Below, piece after piece: positions 37,826-46,931 of a stretch of 64,000 nt of DNA. The stretch's first letter is position 1; each line of letters starts with the position of its first letter. The stretch covers positions 4,672,001-4,736,000 of the forward strand of contig CBDCDC010000002.1 of NCBI GenBank assembly GCA_965215195.1, written 5' to 3'. Source of the DNA: Candidatus Latescibacterota bacterium. GTDB lineage: Bacteria > Latescibacterota > UBA2968 > UBA8231. The position numbers and the translations under genes were made by a program. The notes below the pieces were generated by a model. It worked only from the letters and a program-made list of their open reading frames with translations. It was not told the origin of the DNA and ran no database searches.

Positions 37826-39997
37826 ATGCTCGTCCGCAGCGGATTCGCGACTGGTGCCCTGCTGTTGGCTCTGGCCAGCACACTGGGTGCCCGTGCCGAA
37901 TTTCATCTGGGATCTGGCCCGAACTCTTGGGAACGCTTTGTCGTCCCCGACGAGGGAGAGGCGGCAGGGGTTTATGGGGTCGTGGACGCGGCCGGCACTG
38001 TGCTGCGGGAGCATCCGGTCCACTCCGTCGAGGAGGTGGGGGGCGGGACCTTCTTGGCCGAGTACAACTATCGCGGACCCGACCGGCCTGCCATGGAAGC
38101 CGGTGCGCTCGCGGCAATCCGGGTCGATCCTCTGGTGAATCTGTCCCTCGACAGCCTCCTGTTCGCCCGCGGCGGCAGTATTTTTCACGGTCACAACACC
38201 AACGCACACCCGACCGAGGATCTGCTGCGGCTCATCGATGGGGATCCCACCACCGCCCGCCTGATACTGATCGCGCAGAATCCGCTAGAGGCTGTGCCAT
38301 TGATCCGCGGCGGCGTATTCTGGGGGGCCTATGCCTCGGCCGTCATCGTCAACCTCGGAGCGGAAATGCCCATCAACCGCGTCCGCGTCTATCCGCGGCT
38401 GGGCCGCCTAGACGACGCTGCCGCTATCGCGGCGATGGAGGTGCCGCAGCCCGATCCAGAGCGGTTTGGGGAGACCAGCTTTGCCGACAATTATCTCGAG
38501 TGGTACGAGATCGCGGTGACCGATAATGCCGCTCCCATCGAAGAGCGCCCCGGAGGGGGCGGCAGCGACCGGCCGGGGCAGGTGCAGTTCAAGCGTTTCT
38601 CCGAAACCACCGGTTACGTCGATTCGTCGGCCACGGACCCCAACTTCAAAGCCCTGATCCAGACCCGGGAGAATCTGGACCCGGTGATCGATTTTCGCTT
38701 CCCCGTCCGCCACGAGCGATTCGTTTCGGTCCGGCCCTACATTCCCGAACGGACTTGGGAGATGGCCGCAATCGAGATTTACGGCGAGGGGTATGTGCGC
38801 CGCTCGGTCTATCGCTCGCAGATCCTCGATTTCGGCCAGCCCATGGCTTGGAGCAAGATCCGTTGGACCGGGGACCGGCCCCTCGGCACCCAGATAGAGG
38901 TACACACTCGCACCGGGAATACCCCGCAGCCAGACCTCTTCCAGCGGCGTGCGTTGAGCGGAAAGTTCCAGCCGATCGACTTTGTCGCGTACCAGCAAAA
39001 GCTCACGTCGGACGAAGTCAAACGCACTACGGATCTAGACAACTGGAGCTTCTGGTCTGCCACTTACGATTTTGCGGCCGGCGAACGCGTTGCCGGCTCA
39101 TCTGCTGCTGCTTGGACGGACGGCACCCCGTTGCTCTCTCCCGGCCCGAGCCGGTATCTTCAGTTCGAGATTGTCCTGCTAGCGACCCGTACGCGGACGC
39201 CGCGCCTAGACGAATTGTCCCTGCTGTTTTCCGAGACCCTCGCCGCGGCCGAACTCATCGGCGAAATCTGGCCCATTGAGGTGGACAGTTTCGCGCCTCA
39301 TCTCTTCACGTATGTGGTCAAGCCCATCCTCCGCGATGGCAATCGCGGCTTCGACCGCCTAGAGATATTCACCGGCGGACCGGCCGCCGGGGTCCGCTCG
39401 GTGCGCGTGGGCGGGGAAGAAATCGCGGAGCGGTTCCCGCCCGAAATCCAGCAGGATCGCATCGTCGTCTCCTTCGACCGGCTGGAGGATCCCCAGCGGG
39501 ACAGCGAAAAGCGGATCGAAGTGGAATTCAGTGCCCGCGTGCTGCGTTTCGGCACCGAATTCAGCGGCTGGGTTTACGACAGCCGGGAGCCGGATCTGCA
39601 GCAGAACATCACCCCTGGAAACGCCACGATCCGTTTCGTCGGCGATGGCCTCTCCGTGCGCACGCCCACTGGGGGCGACCTCGTGCAACGGCTCGAGCTC
39701 GGCCCCAAAGTCTTCACGCCCAACGGGGACGGAGTCAACGACGAGGTCAGCGTCTCCTTCGACCTGCGCGACCTGACCGCGGCGCGCCCGGTTGAGGTGC
39801 AGATATGGACGCTGGACGGGGACCGGGTGTGGCACTTGCCGCCGGCCGCGATGGCCAGCGGCAGCTTCACCCACCGCTGGAACGGCCGCGATGATGCCGG
39901 CCGCTTGGCCCGGCCCGGGATCTATGTAGTACAGGTTGAGTTGGACAGCGATGACGGACGAAAAACGGCCATCGGGATCGTCTCCCTCGCCTATTAA
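37826..39997 (+). CDS. Secreted protein with a C-terminal FlgD-Ig-like domain (paralog C)
   Basis: Signal peptide ending ARA-E; LIDGDPTT, VNLG...INRVRVYPR; FTPNGDGVND, WNGRDDAG, PGIY; ends SLAY. Confidence 0.78.
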   Translation: MLVRSGFATGALLLALASTLGARAEFHLGSGPNSWERFVVPDEGEAAGVYGVVDAAGTVLREHPVHSVEEVGGGTFLAEYNYRGPDRPAMEAGALAAIRVDPLVNLSLDSLLFARGGSIFHGHNTNAHPTEDLLRLIDGDPTTARLILIAQNPLEAVPLIRGGVFWGAYASAVIVNLGAEMPINRVRVYPRLGRLDDAAAIAAMEVPQPDPERFGETSFADNYLEWYEIAVTDNAAPIEERPGGGGSDRPGQVQFKRFSETTGYVDSSATDPNFKALIQTRENLDPVIDFRFPVRHERFVSVRPYIPERTWEMAAIEIYGEGYVRRSVYRSQILDFGQPMAWSKIRWTGDRPLGTQIEVHTRTGNTPQPDLFQRRALSGKFQPIDFVAYQQKLTSDEVKRTTDLDNWSFWSATYDFAAGERVAGSSAAAWTDGTPLLSPGPSRYLQFEIVLLATRTRTPRLDELSLLFSETLAAAELIGEIWPIEVDSFAPHLFTYVVKPILRDGNRGFDRLEIFTGGPAAGVRSVRVGGEEIAERFPPEIQQDRIVVSFDRLEDPQRDSEKRIEVEFSARVLRFGTEFSGWVYDSREPDLQQNITPGNATIRFVGDGLSVRTPTGGDLVQRLELGPKVFTPNGDGVNDEVSVSFDLRDLTAARPVEVQIWTLDGDRVWHLPPAAMASGSFTHRWNGRDDAGRLARPGIYVVQVELDSDDGRKTAIGIVSLAY

Positions 39998-40038
39998 TTT
40001 TTTATTTTTTTGGCGTTTATGGCACAGCAAAATTTTAG

Positions 40039-40067
40039 TTGCATTGCACAAATTTAGTTCGTACCAT
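40039..40067 (+). promoter_or_regulatory. Putative sigma70 promoter with tandem AAATT(T)TAGTT repeats
   Basis: TTGCAT-N17-TACCAT in an AT-rich intergenic region; repeats at ~40030 and ~40050; strong RBS AAGGAGAGG before 40115. Confidence 0.4.
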
Positions 40068-40114
40068 CTGTACACTTTCCCACTAACCCGCACTTCACAT
40101 AAGGAGAGGTAATC

Positions 40115-41032
40115 ATGCGTAAAATACAGATGATTGCCATAGGCGTACTTGCAGTTTCGACGGCCGTTTGGGCCCACGATCCTCCGGATGAGGTCCGCAA
40201 CGCGGTCCAGTTCCCGGCCGGCCTCGAGCCCACGATCGACGGCGACTGTTCCGACTGGGCCGTCGTCCCAGGCGATCAGTACTGGGTGTTCACCGAAGAC
40301 CTCTTCCCGCTGGGCGAATTCCATCCCACCGAGGGACTCGGCCGCGGCGAGAACGATGCCAGTTCTTTCCAAACCACGTACCGGGTCGGCTGGAGCGCCA
40401 GCACCGGCCAGCTCTACTACTGCAACTCCGTGTTTGACGATGTCCACAACATCGATCGCCCCGATTCCTACGACTGGTACCTCGACGACTCAAACGAGTA
40501 CTTCTTCACGACCCGACACCTTTCGGAGCAGGAAGTGAGGGACCTGCTCGAGACGAACGTCGCCGCCTATTGGGGCTTCAATTATGCCCTGCCGAAGTTG
40601 CCCGAGGGTGGCTTCTGGATGGTGATCGGCATGTGCATCGGCTGCGAATGGTTGGATAACGGCGACAACGAATGGTACACGCTAGTACACGGGTTCGAAG
40701 GCGAGGAGTTTGGCGAGAGCACCTATCACTACGAGCACCGGATCCAACCTATCGACTCTTGGACTACCGGCTTGGGCGAAGACTTCGGGCCCAGCGACAT
40801 TACCCCCGCAACGCTCAGCGAGGGGCAGACCATCCACATCACCTTCGGGACCAACGACGACGACGGCGGCGAGCGCGGTGGCCATTGGAGCAGCGGTAGC
40901 GGCCTCGTCGGAGGCACTTGGCTGGGCCAAGGCGACTACTTCCTAGAGCCGATCAACCCGTCCATTAACTGGCCCGAGGTGCCCACCTCGGTCGAGTCGG
41001 AGAGTTGGGGCCGGATCAAGGCTCAATTCTAA
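40115..41032 (+). CDS. Secreted acidic protein, CBM9/DOMON-like fold, with a C-terminal SVESESWGRIKAQF motif
   Basis: Signal peptide ending VWA-H; PTIDGDCSDW, VFDDVH and YEHRI resemble CBM9-like sugar-binding proteins; terminal WGxIK motif. Confidence 0.7.
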   Translation: MRKIQMIAIGVLAVSTAVWAHDPPDEVRNAVQFPAGLEPTIDGDCSDWAVVPGDQYWVFTEDLFPLGEFHPTEGLGRGENDASSFQTTYRVGWSASTGQLYYCNSVFDDVHNIDRPDSYDWYLDDSNEYFFTTRHLSEQEVRDLLETNVAAYWGFNYALPKLPEGGFWMVIGMCIGCEWLDNGDNEWYTLVHGFEGEEFGESTYHYEHRIQPIDSWTTGLGEDFGPSDITPATLSEGQTIHITFGTNDDDGGERGGHWSSGSGLVGGTWLGQGDYFLEPINPSINWPEVPTSVESESWGRIKAQF

Positions 41033-41062
41033 GCCCCCTAGAAGAGTCTCTTGCAAAGCTCG

Positions 41063-41098
41063 CGCTGGACAGGTTAGTTCGCCTGTCCAGCGTTTTTT
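41063..41098 (+). terminator. Intrinsic terminator
   Basis: Perfect 11-bp stem CGCTGGACAGG-N8-CCTGTCCAGCG followed by TTTTTT. Confidence 0.88.
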
Positions 41099-41103
41099 AT
41101 TTT

Positions 41104-42915
41104 ATGGAACGTCGGCACCAAATCGGCTTGGCCCTGCTGGCTCTGTCGTCCTTCACCCTGCGGTTGCTCTACCTACTTCAGGCCGATGACAGCCCGCTCT
41201 TCGCCCATCCCATCGTCGACGCCCGAACCTATGTGCGCACGGCCCTGCACCTGTCCGCGGGCGAGTGGCTCGGGGCCGCGCAGCCGTTTTGGCAGCCGCC
41301 GCTGTATCCCTATTTTCTCGGCGGCTTGTTCGCCCTGTTCGGCGAGGATTACCACTTGCCCCGGCTCGTGCAGGCAGTCTCCGGGGCCGCGGTCTGCCTC
41401 CTAGTCTTCTCCTTGGGCCGCCGTGCGTTCTCCTCTCCCGCAGTGGGCTGGTTGGCCGCGGGCGCGGCCGCGCTGTACGGCCCTTTCCTCTACTTCGAAG
41501 GTGAGCTGTTACCCGCCAGCTTGGCGGTGTTCCTCAACACCCTAGCGCTGCTGGCCCTGATCTGGGCAGCCGCTGGCCGCAGCGGTCGCGGGCTGGTCGC
41601 GGGCCTTCTCCTCGGAGTGACTGCGCTGACCGTCGCCAGCGTGCTCCTCTTCGTTCCCGTTGCCCTCCTGTGGGCACGACGCCAAGCGCGGGCACCGGTC
41701 GGCGCACTGATTCTCGGCTTTGCACTGGTCATCGCGCCGGTCACCCTGCGCAACCGCGTCGTCGGGGGCGAGTGGGTGCCGATCTCCTATAACGCCGGCA
41801 TCAATTTCTACCTAGGCAACAATCCCGACTACGACCGCACGACGAACATCCGCCCCGGGCGCGACTGGCGGGAACTGACCGACATGCCTGAGCGGGAGGC
41901 CGGCATCACCGCCAAGGGGGCCTCCTCGAGATACTTTCTCGGCCGCTCCTGTGATTATATCGCCGCTGATCCGGCAGGCTATGTCCTCCTGCAGCTGCGC
42001 AAGCTCTATCTCTTCTGGCGCGGCGACGAGATTCCGCGCAACCTGAATCCCTATTACGCCCGCCGCGAGTCCTCCCTGCTGCAGGCCCTGTTGTGGATCC
42101 ACGGCCTCGCTTTCCCCTTTGGCCTCGTGGGGCCGCTCGCCCTGACGGGGCTGTTTCTCTACCTGCGGGATCCCCAAGCCCGCTCACCCGCCGCTGACTT
42201 GCTGCTGCTGTTTACCGCCGCCTACGCGCTAGCGGTAGTCCTGTTTTTCGTCACCGGCCGCTATCGTCTCCCGGTCATTCCTCCCCTGCTCCTGTTCGCC
42301 GGCTACGCACTGACGCGGTTGCGCCTGTTGCGGGGGCGGCAACTGGCCGGGGGGCTGGCCTTGCCGGCCGCATTGGTGGTGGGCCTCAACGCCGGCATCC
42401 CGGCCATGGATGTGAAGGGCGACAGCCAAGAGCACGTCTATTTGGCAGCGGCCTACGCCGCAGAGGGCTTGCTGGCCAATGCGCTTAGGCACTACGAGCA
42501 GGCGCTAGAGCTGGAACCGACGCACGAGATCGCCCTCGACGCCGCCGGTGCCGTGCGGGCGCGGCGCGGGGATTTCCGCCGGGCCGCGGCGAGCTGGGAG
42601 CGCCTGCTGCATCACTATCCCGACCGCATCGACGTCCGCTTCCGGCTGGCCGCGATGAGCCTCGACACGGGCGACTATGCGCGGGCGGAACGGCACTTCA
42701 AGCATCTGACGGCCGAGGAACCCGGGCGCGCCATCTTCCACGCCCGCCTGGCCCAAGCCCGCCGCCATCTGGGCGATCTCGACGGGGCCGCCGCCGCCTA
42801 CCGCCGCGCCCTCGAACTGGATCGGCCGCTCCAGCGGGGCAACCAACAGGCCGGCGAGGTGGAAGAATTCTACCGACGCCTAGGCAGAGGGCGCGAACCA
42901 GCGGCCGGCCCGTGA
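41104..42915 (+). CDS. GT-C (ArnT/PMT, GT39/GT83-like) glycosyltransferase with C-terminal TPRs (paralog B)
   Basis: PIVDARTY, FWQPPLYPYFL, NAGINFYLGNNP, FFVTGRYRLP; TPRs such as ALRHYEQALELEP and AAYRRALELD. Confidence 0.82.
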   Translation: MERRHQIGLALLALSSFTLRLLYLLQADDSPLFAHPIVDARTYVRTALHLSAGEWLGAAQPFWQPPLYPYFLGGLFALFGEDYHLPRLVQAVSGAAVCLLVFSLGRRAFSSPAVGWLAAGAAALYGPFLYFEGELLPASLAVFLNTLALLALIWAAAGRSGRGLVAGLLLGVTALTVASVLLFVPVALLWARRQARAPVGALILGFALVIAPVTLRNRVVGGEWVPISYNAGINFYLGNNPDYDRTTNIRPGRDWRELTDMPEREAGITAKGASSRYFLGRSCDYIAADPAGYVLLQLRKLYLFWRGDEIPRNLNPYYARRESSLLQALLWIHGLAFPFGLVGPLALTGLFLYLRDPQARSPAADLLLLFTAAYALAVVLFFVTGRYRLPVIPPLLLFAGYALTRLRLLRGRQLAGGLALPAALVVGLNAGIPAMDVKGDSQEHVYLAAAYAAEGLLANALRHYEQALELEPTHEIALDAAGAVRARRGDFRRAAASWERLLHHYPDRIDVRFRLAAMSLDTGDYARAERHFKHLTAEEPGRAIFHARLAQARRHLGDLDGAAAAYRRALELDRPLQRGNQQAGEVEEFYRRLGRGREPAAGP

Positions 42916-44816
42916 GTTCTTCGAGCCCAACCTATCGAGCCTTGTTTCTGGGCACCCTCGGCTGCCTGCTGGTCGGGGCCGGTTCCCAGTACACCGACAT
43001 GATGCTCAAGCGCTCCGGGTTCACCGGGTGGTACTACACGCCGGGTGCTCTGATCATACTATTCCTCGTACTGCTGGTCGCCAACCCGATCGCGGGTCTC
43101 ATGCGCCGGCGCTGGATGTTGACCTCGGCCGAATTGGCGCAGATGTACGTGATGTGGATCGTCGGCTCAGCGGTGGCCACCTGCGGCATCGTCTCCTATC
43201 TGCTGCCCATGCTGACCAGCGCCGTCTACTACGCCAGTGCGGAAAATAACTGGACCTACGAACTGCTGCCGTTGATCCCGGACTGGGTCATTCCCAGCAA
43301 GGAATTCGGCGAGATCAAGGATTTCTACGAGGGCGGGGCCGACGGCGTGCCCTGGCGGATGTGGCTCCCTCCCCTACTCCACTGGTTGCCTTTCGCCCTC
43401 TCGCTGCACATTGCCATGATCGCCATCATGGTCATCCTGCGAAGGCAATGGGTGGACCACGAACGCCTGATCTTCCCCATGACCCAGCTGCCGATCGCCA
43501 TGATCCAAGACGGGAAATCCCCTGAACTGATCAAACCGTTGTTCAAGAATTGGCTGTTCTGGCTCGGGTTCGCCATTCCCTTCTTCATCCAGAGTTACAA
43601 CGGCGTCAACCGCCACTTTCCCTTCCTGCCCCAGATCGCCATCGGGGGGTATTATCTCTATTTCCTCGAGGACCAGCTGCGCCTGCGGATCGGCATCAAT
43701 TTTATGATGATCGGCTTCACGTACCTAGTGCGGCGCGAAGTTTCGCTCGGGTTCTGGGTCTTCGCGATTGTCAACTTTGCCCAAGAAGCAGTGATGATCA
43801 CCTTGGGGGTCGAGCGCCACGAACCCCTGTTCAGCCACTTCTCCCGCGGGGGCACCATTGCCTCGCACCAAGGTTTTGGGGCCTTTGTCGTGCTGGCACT
43901 GTTCAGCCTGTGGAACGGGCGCGGCCACATCGCCCAGGTGGTGCGACAGGCGTTCGGGCGCGGCCAGCGCGTGGACGACAGCGACGAAATTCTCTCCTAC
44001 CGGGCAGCCGTGCTGCTGCTGTTGGGTTGTGTGAGCTTCATGGGCTTCTGGCTGTGGCAAGCGGGCCTGCCGGCGTGGATCGCGGTGATCTTTCTCGCTC
44101 TGGCCTTCATCCTGTTTCTCGGCATCACCCGGATTATCTCCGAAGGGGGCTTACCCTACCTGCTGGCCCCGATGGTCGCGTCTGACGTAGTCGTTGGCGG
44201 GATCGGCACCCGGGCCTTGGGAGCAACCGGCATCGCCGCTTTGTCCCTCACCTACATGTGGGCCAGCGACATCATCACCTTCGTAATGGTCTCCTGCGCC
44301 AACGGGCTCAAGGTGATCGAAGAGCACGTCAAGCTAGGCCGGCGGTTCATCTTCCCGAGTCTGGTGGTGGCCCTGATCGCGACCATGTGCAGTTCGGCTT
44401 GGGTGCTGCTGACCATTGCCTACGAGCACGGCGGGCACAACACCTCCCACTATTTCGCCGGGCAGTCCCAGTATCCCTTTGAGGACGCCTTGGTCCGATT
44501 GCGCACCCCTGTGGGGCCCCAGTGGGAATACTGGGGGTATATGGCCATCGGCGGTGGAATCATGGGCGGGCTGCTGCTGCTGCGCCAGCAATTCGTCTGG
44601 TGGCCGCTGCACCCGATCGGTTTTCCCATCAGTTTGGTGATTCACAAGATGTTCTTCACGGTGCTGGTGGCTTGGCTCCTAAAGACCGCGATACTTCAGT
44701 ACGGCGGTCCTAGGCTGTTCAGCCGGCTGCGGCCGTTTTTCCTCGGACTCATCCTCGGGGATTTCTTCCCGTTGGCTTTCCTGTTGCTGCTCGACCAATT
44801 GGCGGTGCGCTTGTAA
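42912..44816 (+). CDS. DUF6785/DUF6784-like polytopic membrane protein (paralog A)
   Basis: YYASAENNW, FYEG, PWRMWLPP, ILRRQWVDHERLIFP, WWPLHPIGF, YGG..L...LRPFFLGLILG; GTGA overlap with the upstream gene. Confidence 0.7.
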   Translation: MSSSSPTYRALFLGTLGCLLVGAGSQYTDMMLKRSGFTGWYYTPGALIILFLVLLVANPIAGLMRRRWMLTSAELAQMYVMWIVGSAVATCGIVSYLLPMLTSAVYYASAENNWTYELLPLIPDWVIPSKEFGEIKDFYEGGADGVPWRMWLPPLLHWLPFALSLHIAMIAIMVILRRQWVDHERLIFPMTQLPIAMIQDGKSPELIKPLFKNWLFWLGFAIPFFIQSYNGVNRHFPFLPQIAIGGYYLYFLEDQLRLRIGINFMMIGFTYLVRREVSLGFWVFAIVNFAQEAVMITLGVERHEPLFSHFSRGGTIASHQGFGAFVVLALFSLWNGRGHIAQVVRQAFGRGQRVDDSDEILSYRAAVLLLLGCVSFMGFWLWQAGLPAWIAVIFLALAFILFLGITRIISEGGLPYLLAPMVASDVVVGGIGTRALGATGIAALSLTYMWASDIITFVMVSCANGLKVIEEHVKLGRRFIFPSLVVALIATMCSSAWVLLTIAYEHGGHNTSHYFAGQSQYPFEDALVRLRTPVGPQWEYWGYMAIGGGIMGGLLLLRQQFVWWPLHPIGFPISLVIHKMFFTVLVAWLLKTAILQYGGPRLFSRLRPFFLGLILGDFFPLAFLLLLDQLAVRL

Positions 44817-44861
44817 CGGCAGGCCCGGCAGGGCGCGGGCCGAACAGCGAACGCAATCGGG

Positions 44862-46853
44862 CTAGTAGTGGTGGGAGAAGACCGGGACTTTGTTGCCGGT
44901 GCCACCGGCCAGCAAGTCGACGCCGAGCCAGAACGCCGAGCAGGTAATCTGCCCTAGTATAAAACCGAGAAAGAGGGGTCGCAGGGCGCGGTAGAGCCGG
45001 ACCCCACCGTACTTGAGGACAAAAGCCTTCAGGACCGATCCCAAGAAGATGCTGAACCAGCTCGCCGAGGTCATGTTGGTGGCACTGACGGCGAAGCCGA
45101 TATAGTGTATGGGCCACCACAGGAAATGGTGCCGGGCCCAGATGAGGGCGGTCATAACCGCACCGCCGAGGCCGGTGAACAACAACCGCGGGCCCATCAC
45201 GTCAAAAGGCGCCAACAGGCTGACGGGGTTCAGCATTTTGTAGGCGGTGAAGTTAGCGGGTCCCTTGGCCATGGCCTGATACGCCCACAGCTCCAGATTG
45301 ATGCCGCCGTGCTCGTAGGCCAGATAGATGACGAGCCAGACCGAGGAGAGCAGGCTGACGAGCATGGCGACGACCATTGCCCACAAAAGGGGACGCCGCA
45401 GCGCACCAACGCTCTCGGCCAACTTCATGCCGTTGATGGCCGAGGCCATGAGCAGGATGCGCAGGTTGCCGGCCCAGCTAAAGGTCATGGCCAAGCTGAA
45501 GATGCCGGACGGCGTGACGGAACCCGTGCCGAGAAAGTTGATGACGATGGTCTGGGACGTCATCTGGGGCCGGATGAAGCCCAAGCCGCTCTCGGCGATG
45601 AGGCGGGCCATAAACAGGAAGACGCCGAACGCCACCAGTAGGAAGACGATGGTCACCCACAGCGGCACCCCCGACAAGGTGAGCCAAGCTGTCGCGTAAA
45701 GGCCGCAGACGCCCAGCAGCAGGGCGGCCGCCCGGTAGGAGAGCATCTCACCGCTATCGTCGGGGGCGTTGGGACCGGAACCCCAGACTTTGCAGGCGAC
45801 CGCCTTGAGGTGATCGCGGGCCGTCCAGATGCCGTACGCGATGAGGGCCAGCATGGCCCCCATGCCTTGGTGCGCCAGCATCAGGGTCCCCTCCATGAAC
45901 TTTTCGATTTCCCCCGACAGCCGGTAGCCGATGATGTACTGGAGCCCCATCTGCAGGTTGGCCAGCAAGTGGAACAGCCAGAGGCTGGAAGCCAACGCGA
46001 AGCTGAGGAAGTAGGCCAAGCCGAGGACGGTAAAGCTGAGGAGGATTTCGAGGGCCCCGAAGTCGCGAAAGGGTACGATGACGGTGTACAGCTCGACCTT
46101 GGGAATGACCGGGAAATAGAAATTCAGTCCGTGGGTACTCATCAGGCAGAACGGCACCAAGAAGCCAACCCACATGAGCGGGCTCTTCAGGAATGGGCCG
46201 AAGCGATCGCCGGGCCGGCCCTCCTCGATCATCTGCAAAGGTAGCTGCACTAGCGGGAAGAGCAGGCGCTCGTGGTCCACCCACTGCCGGCGCAGCAGCA
46301 CCATCAGCGCGATCATCATCAGGTATATGGCCACGATGAAGGTGAGCCAAGCGACCAGCGGCACGACCCAAGCACTCCAAGGGATGGCCGCGCCTTCGGG
46401 CAGGCCCTCAAAGAAATAGGTGACGGCATCGCGGTCGTGAACCACCATCCAGCGGTGGATGTAGGGGTGAATGAGCGCGGACCAGTCGTTCTCGGCCGTG
46501 GCGAAGTAGTAAACCGCCGGGAGCATCGGGATGAGGTTGGCCGAAAAGCCCCAAGTGGGAATGGTCGAGGCGATGATGAGCATCACGTAGACCACGGCCA
46601 GCTCGCCGCGATTGAAGCCCCAAGGCCGATGCACCAGCTTGAGCAACGGATTGAGAAAAGCGGTGAGAAGAAAGAAGACGGCCACGGCCCCGGCGGTGAT
46701 GTAGTCCGAGGACATACCGGCCGTGGACAGGGCCAGCCGGCAGTAGGCAAAGCCGACGCTGATGAGCAGGGACAACAAGGTCCCGGCGATGATGCTGCGG
46801 GCAAAGCGCAGGTGGGTCTCGCCGGCGGCTTGTGGGGTGCGGGAAGTGGCCAT
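44862..46853 (-). CDS. DUF6785/DUF6784-like polytopic membrane protein (paralog B)
   Basis: YYFATAENDW, FFEGLP, LLRRQWVDHERLLFP, WWPIHYIGF, YGGVRLYRALRPLFLGFILG; convergent with paralog A. Confidence 0.7.
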   Translation of the reverse strand: MATSRTPQAAGETHLRFARSIIAGTLLSLLISVGFAYCRLALSTAGMSSDYITAGAVAVFFLLTAFLNPLLKLVHRPWGFNRGELAVVYVMLIIASTIPTWGFSANLIPMLPAVYYFATAENDWSALIHPYIHRWMVVHDRDAVTYFFEGLPEGAAIPWSAWVVPLVAWLTFIVAIYLMMIALMVLLRRQWVDHERLLFPLVQLPLQMIEEGRPGDRFGPFLKSPLMWVGFLVPFCLMSTHGLNFYFPVIPKVELYTVIVPFRDFGALEILLSFTVLGLAYFLSFALASSLWLFHLLANLQMGLQYIIGYRLSGEIEKFMEGTLMLAHQGMGAMLALIAYGIWTARDHLKAVACKVWGSGPNAPDDSGEMLSYRAAALLLGVCGLYATAWLTLSGVPLWVTIVFLLVAFGVFLFMARLIAESGLGFIRPQMTSQTIVINFLGTGSVTPSGIFSLAMTFSWAGNLRILLMASAINGMKLAESVGALRRPLLWAMVVAMLVSLLSSVWLVIYLAYEHGGINLELWAYQAMAKGPANFTAYKMLNPVSLLAPFDVMGPRLLFTGLGGAVMTALIWARHHFLWWPIHYIGFAVSATNMTSASWFSIFLGSVLKAFVLKYGGVRLYRALRPLFLGFILGQITCSAFWLGVDLLAGGTGNKVPVFSHHY

Positions 46854-46931
46854 TGTGCTCCGCGGCACCGGAATTTGCATGGGACGAGCTGACACTTGTC
46901 GGAAAACTACCCGGAGTTCGCCAACTCCGCC

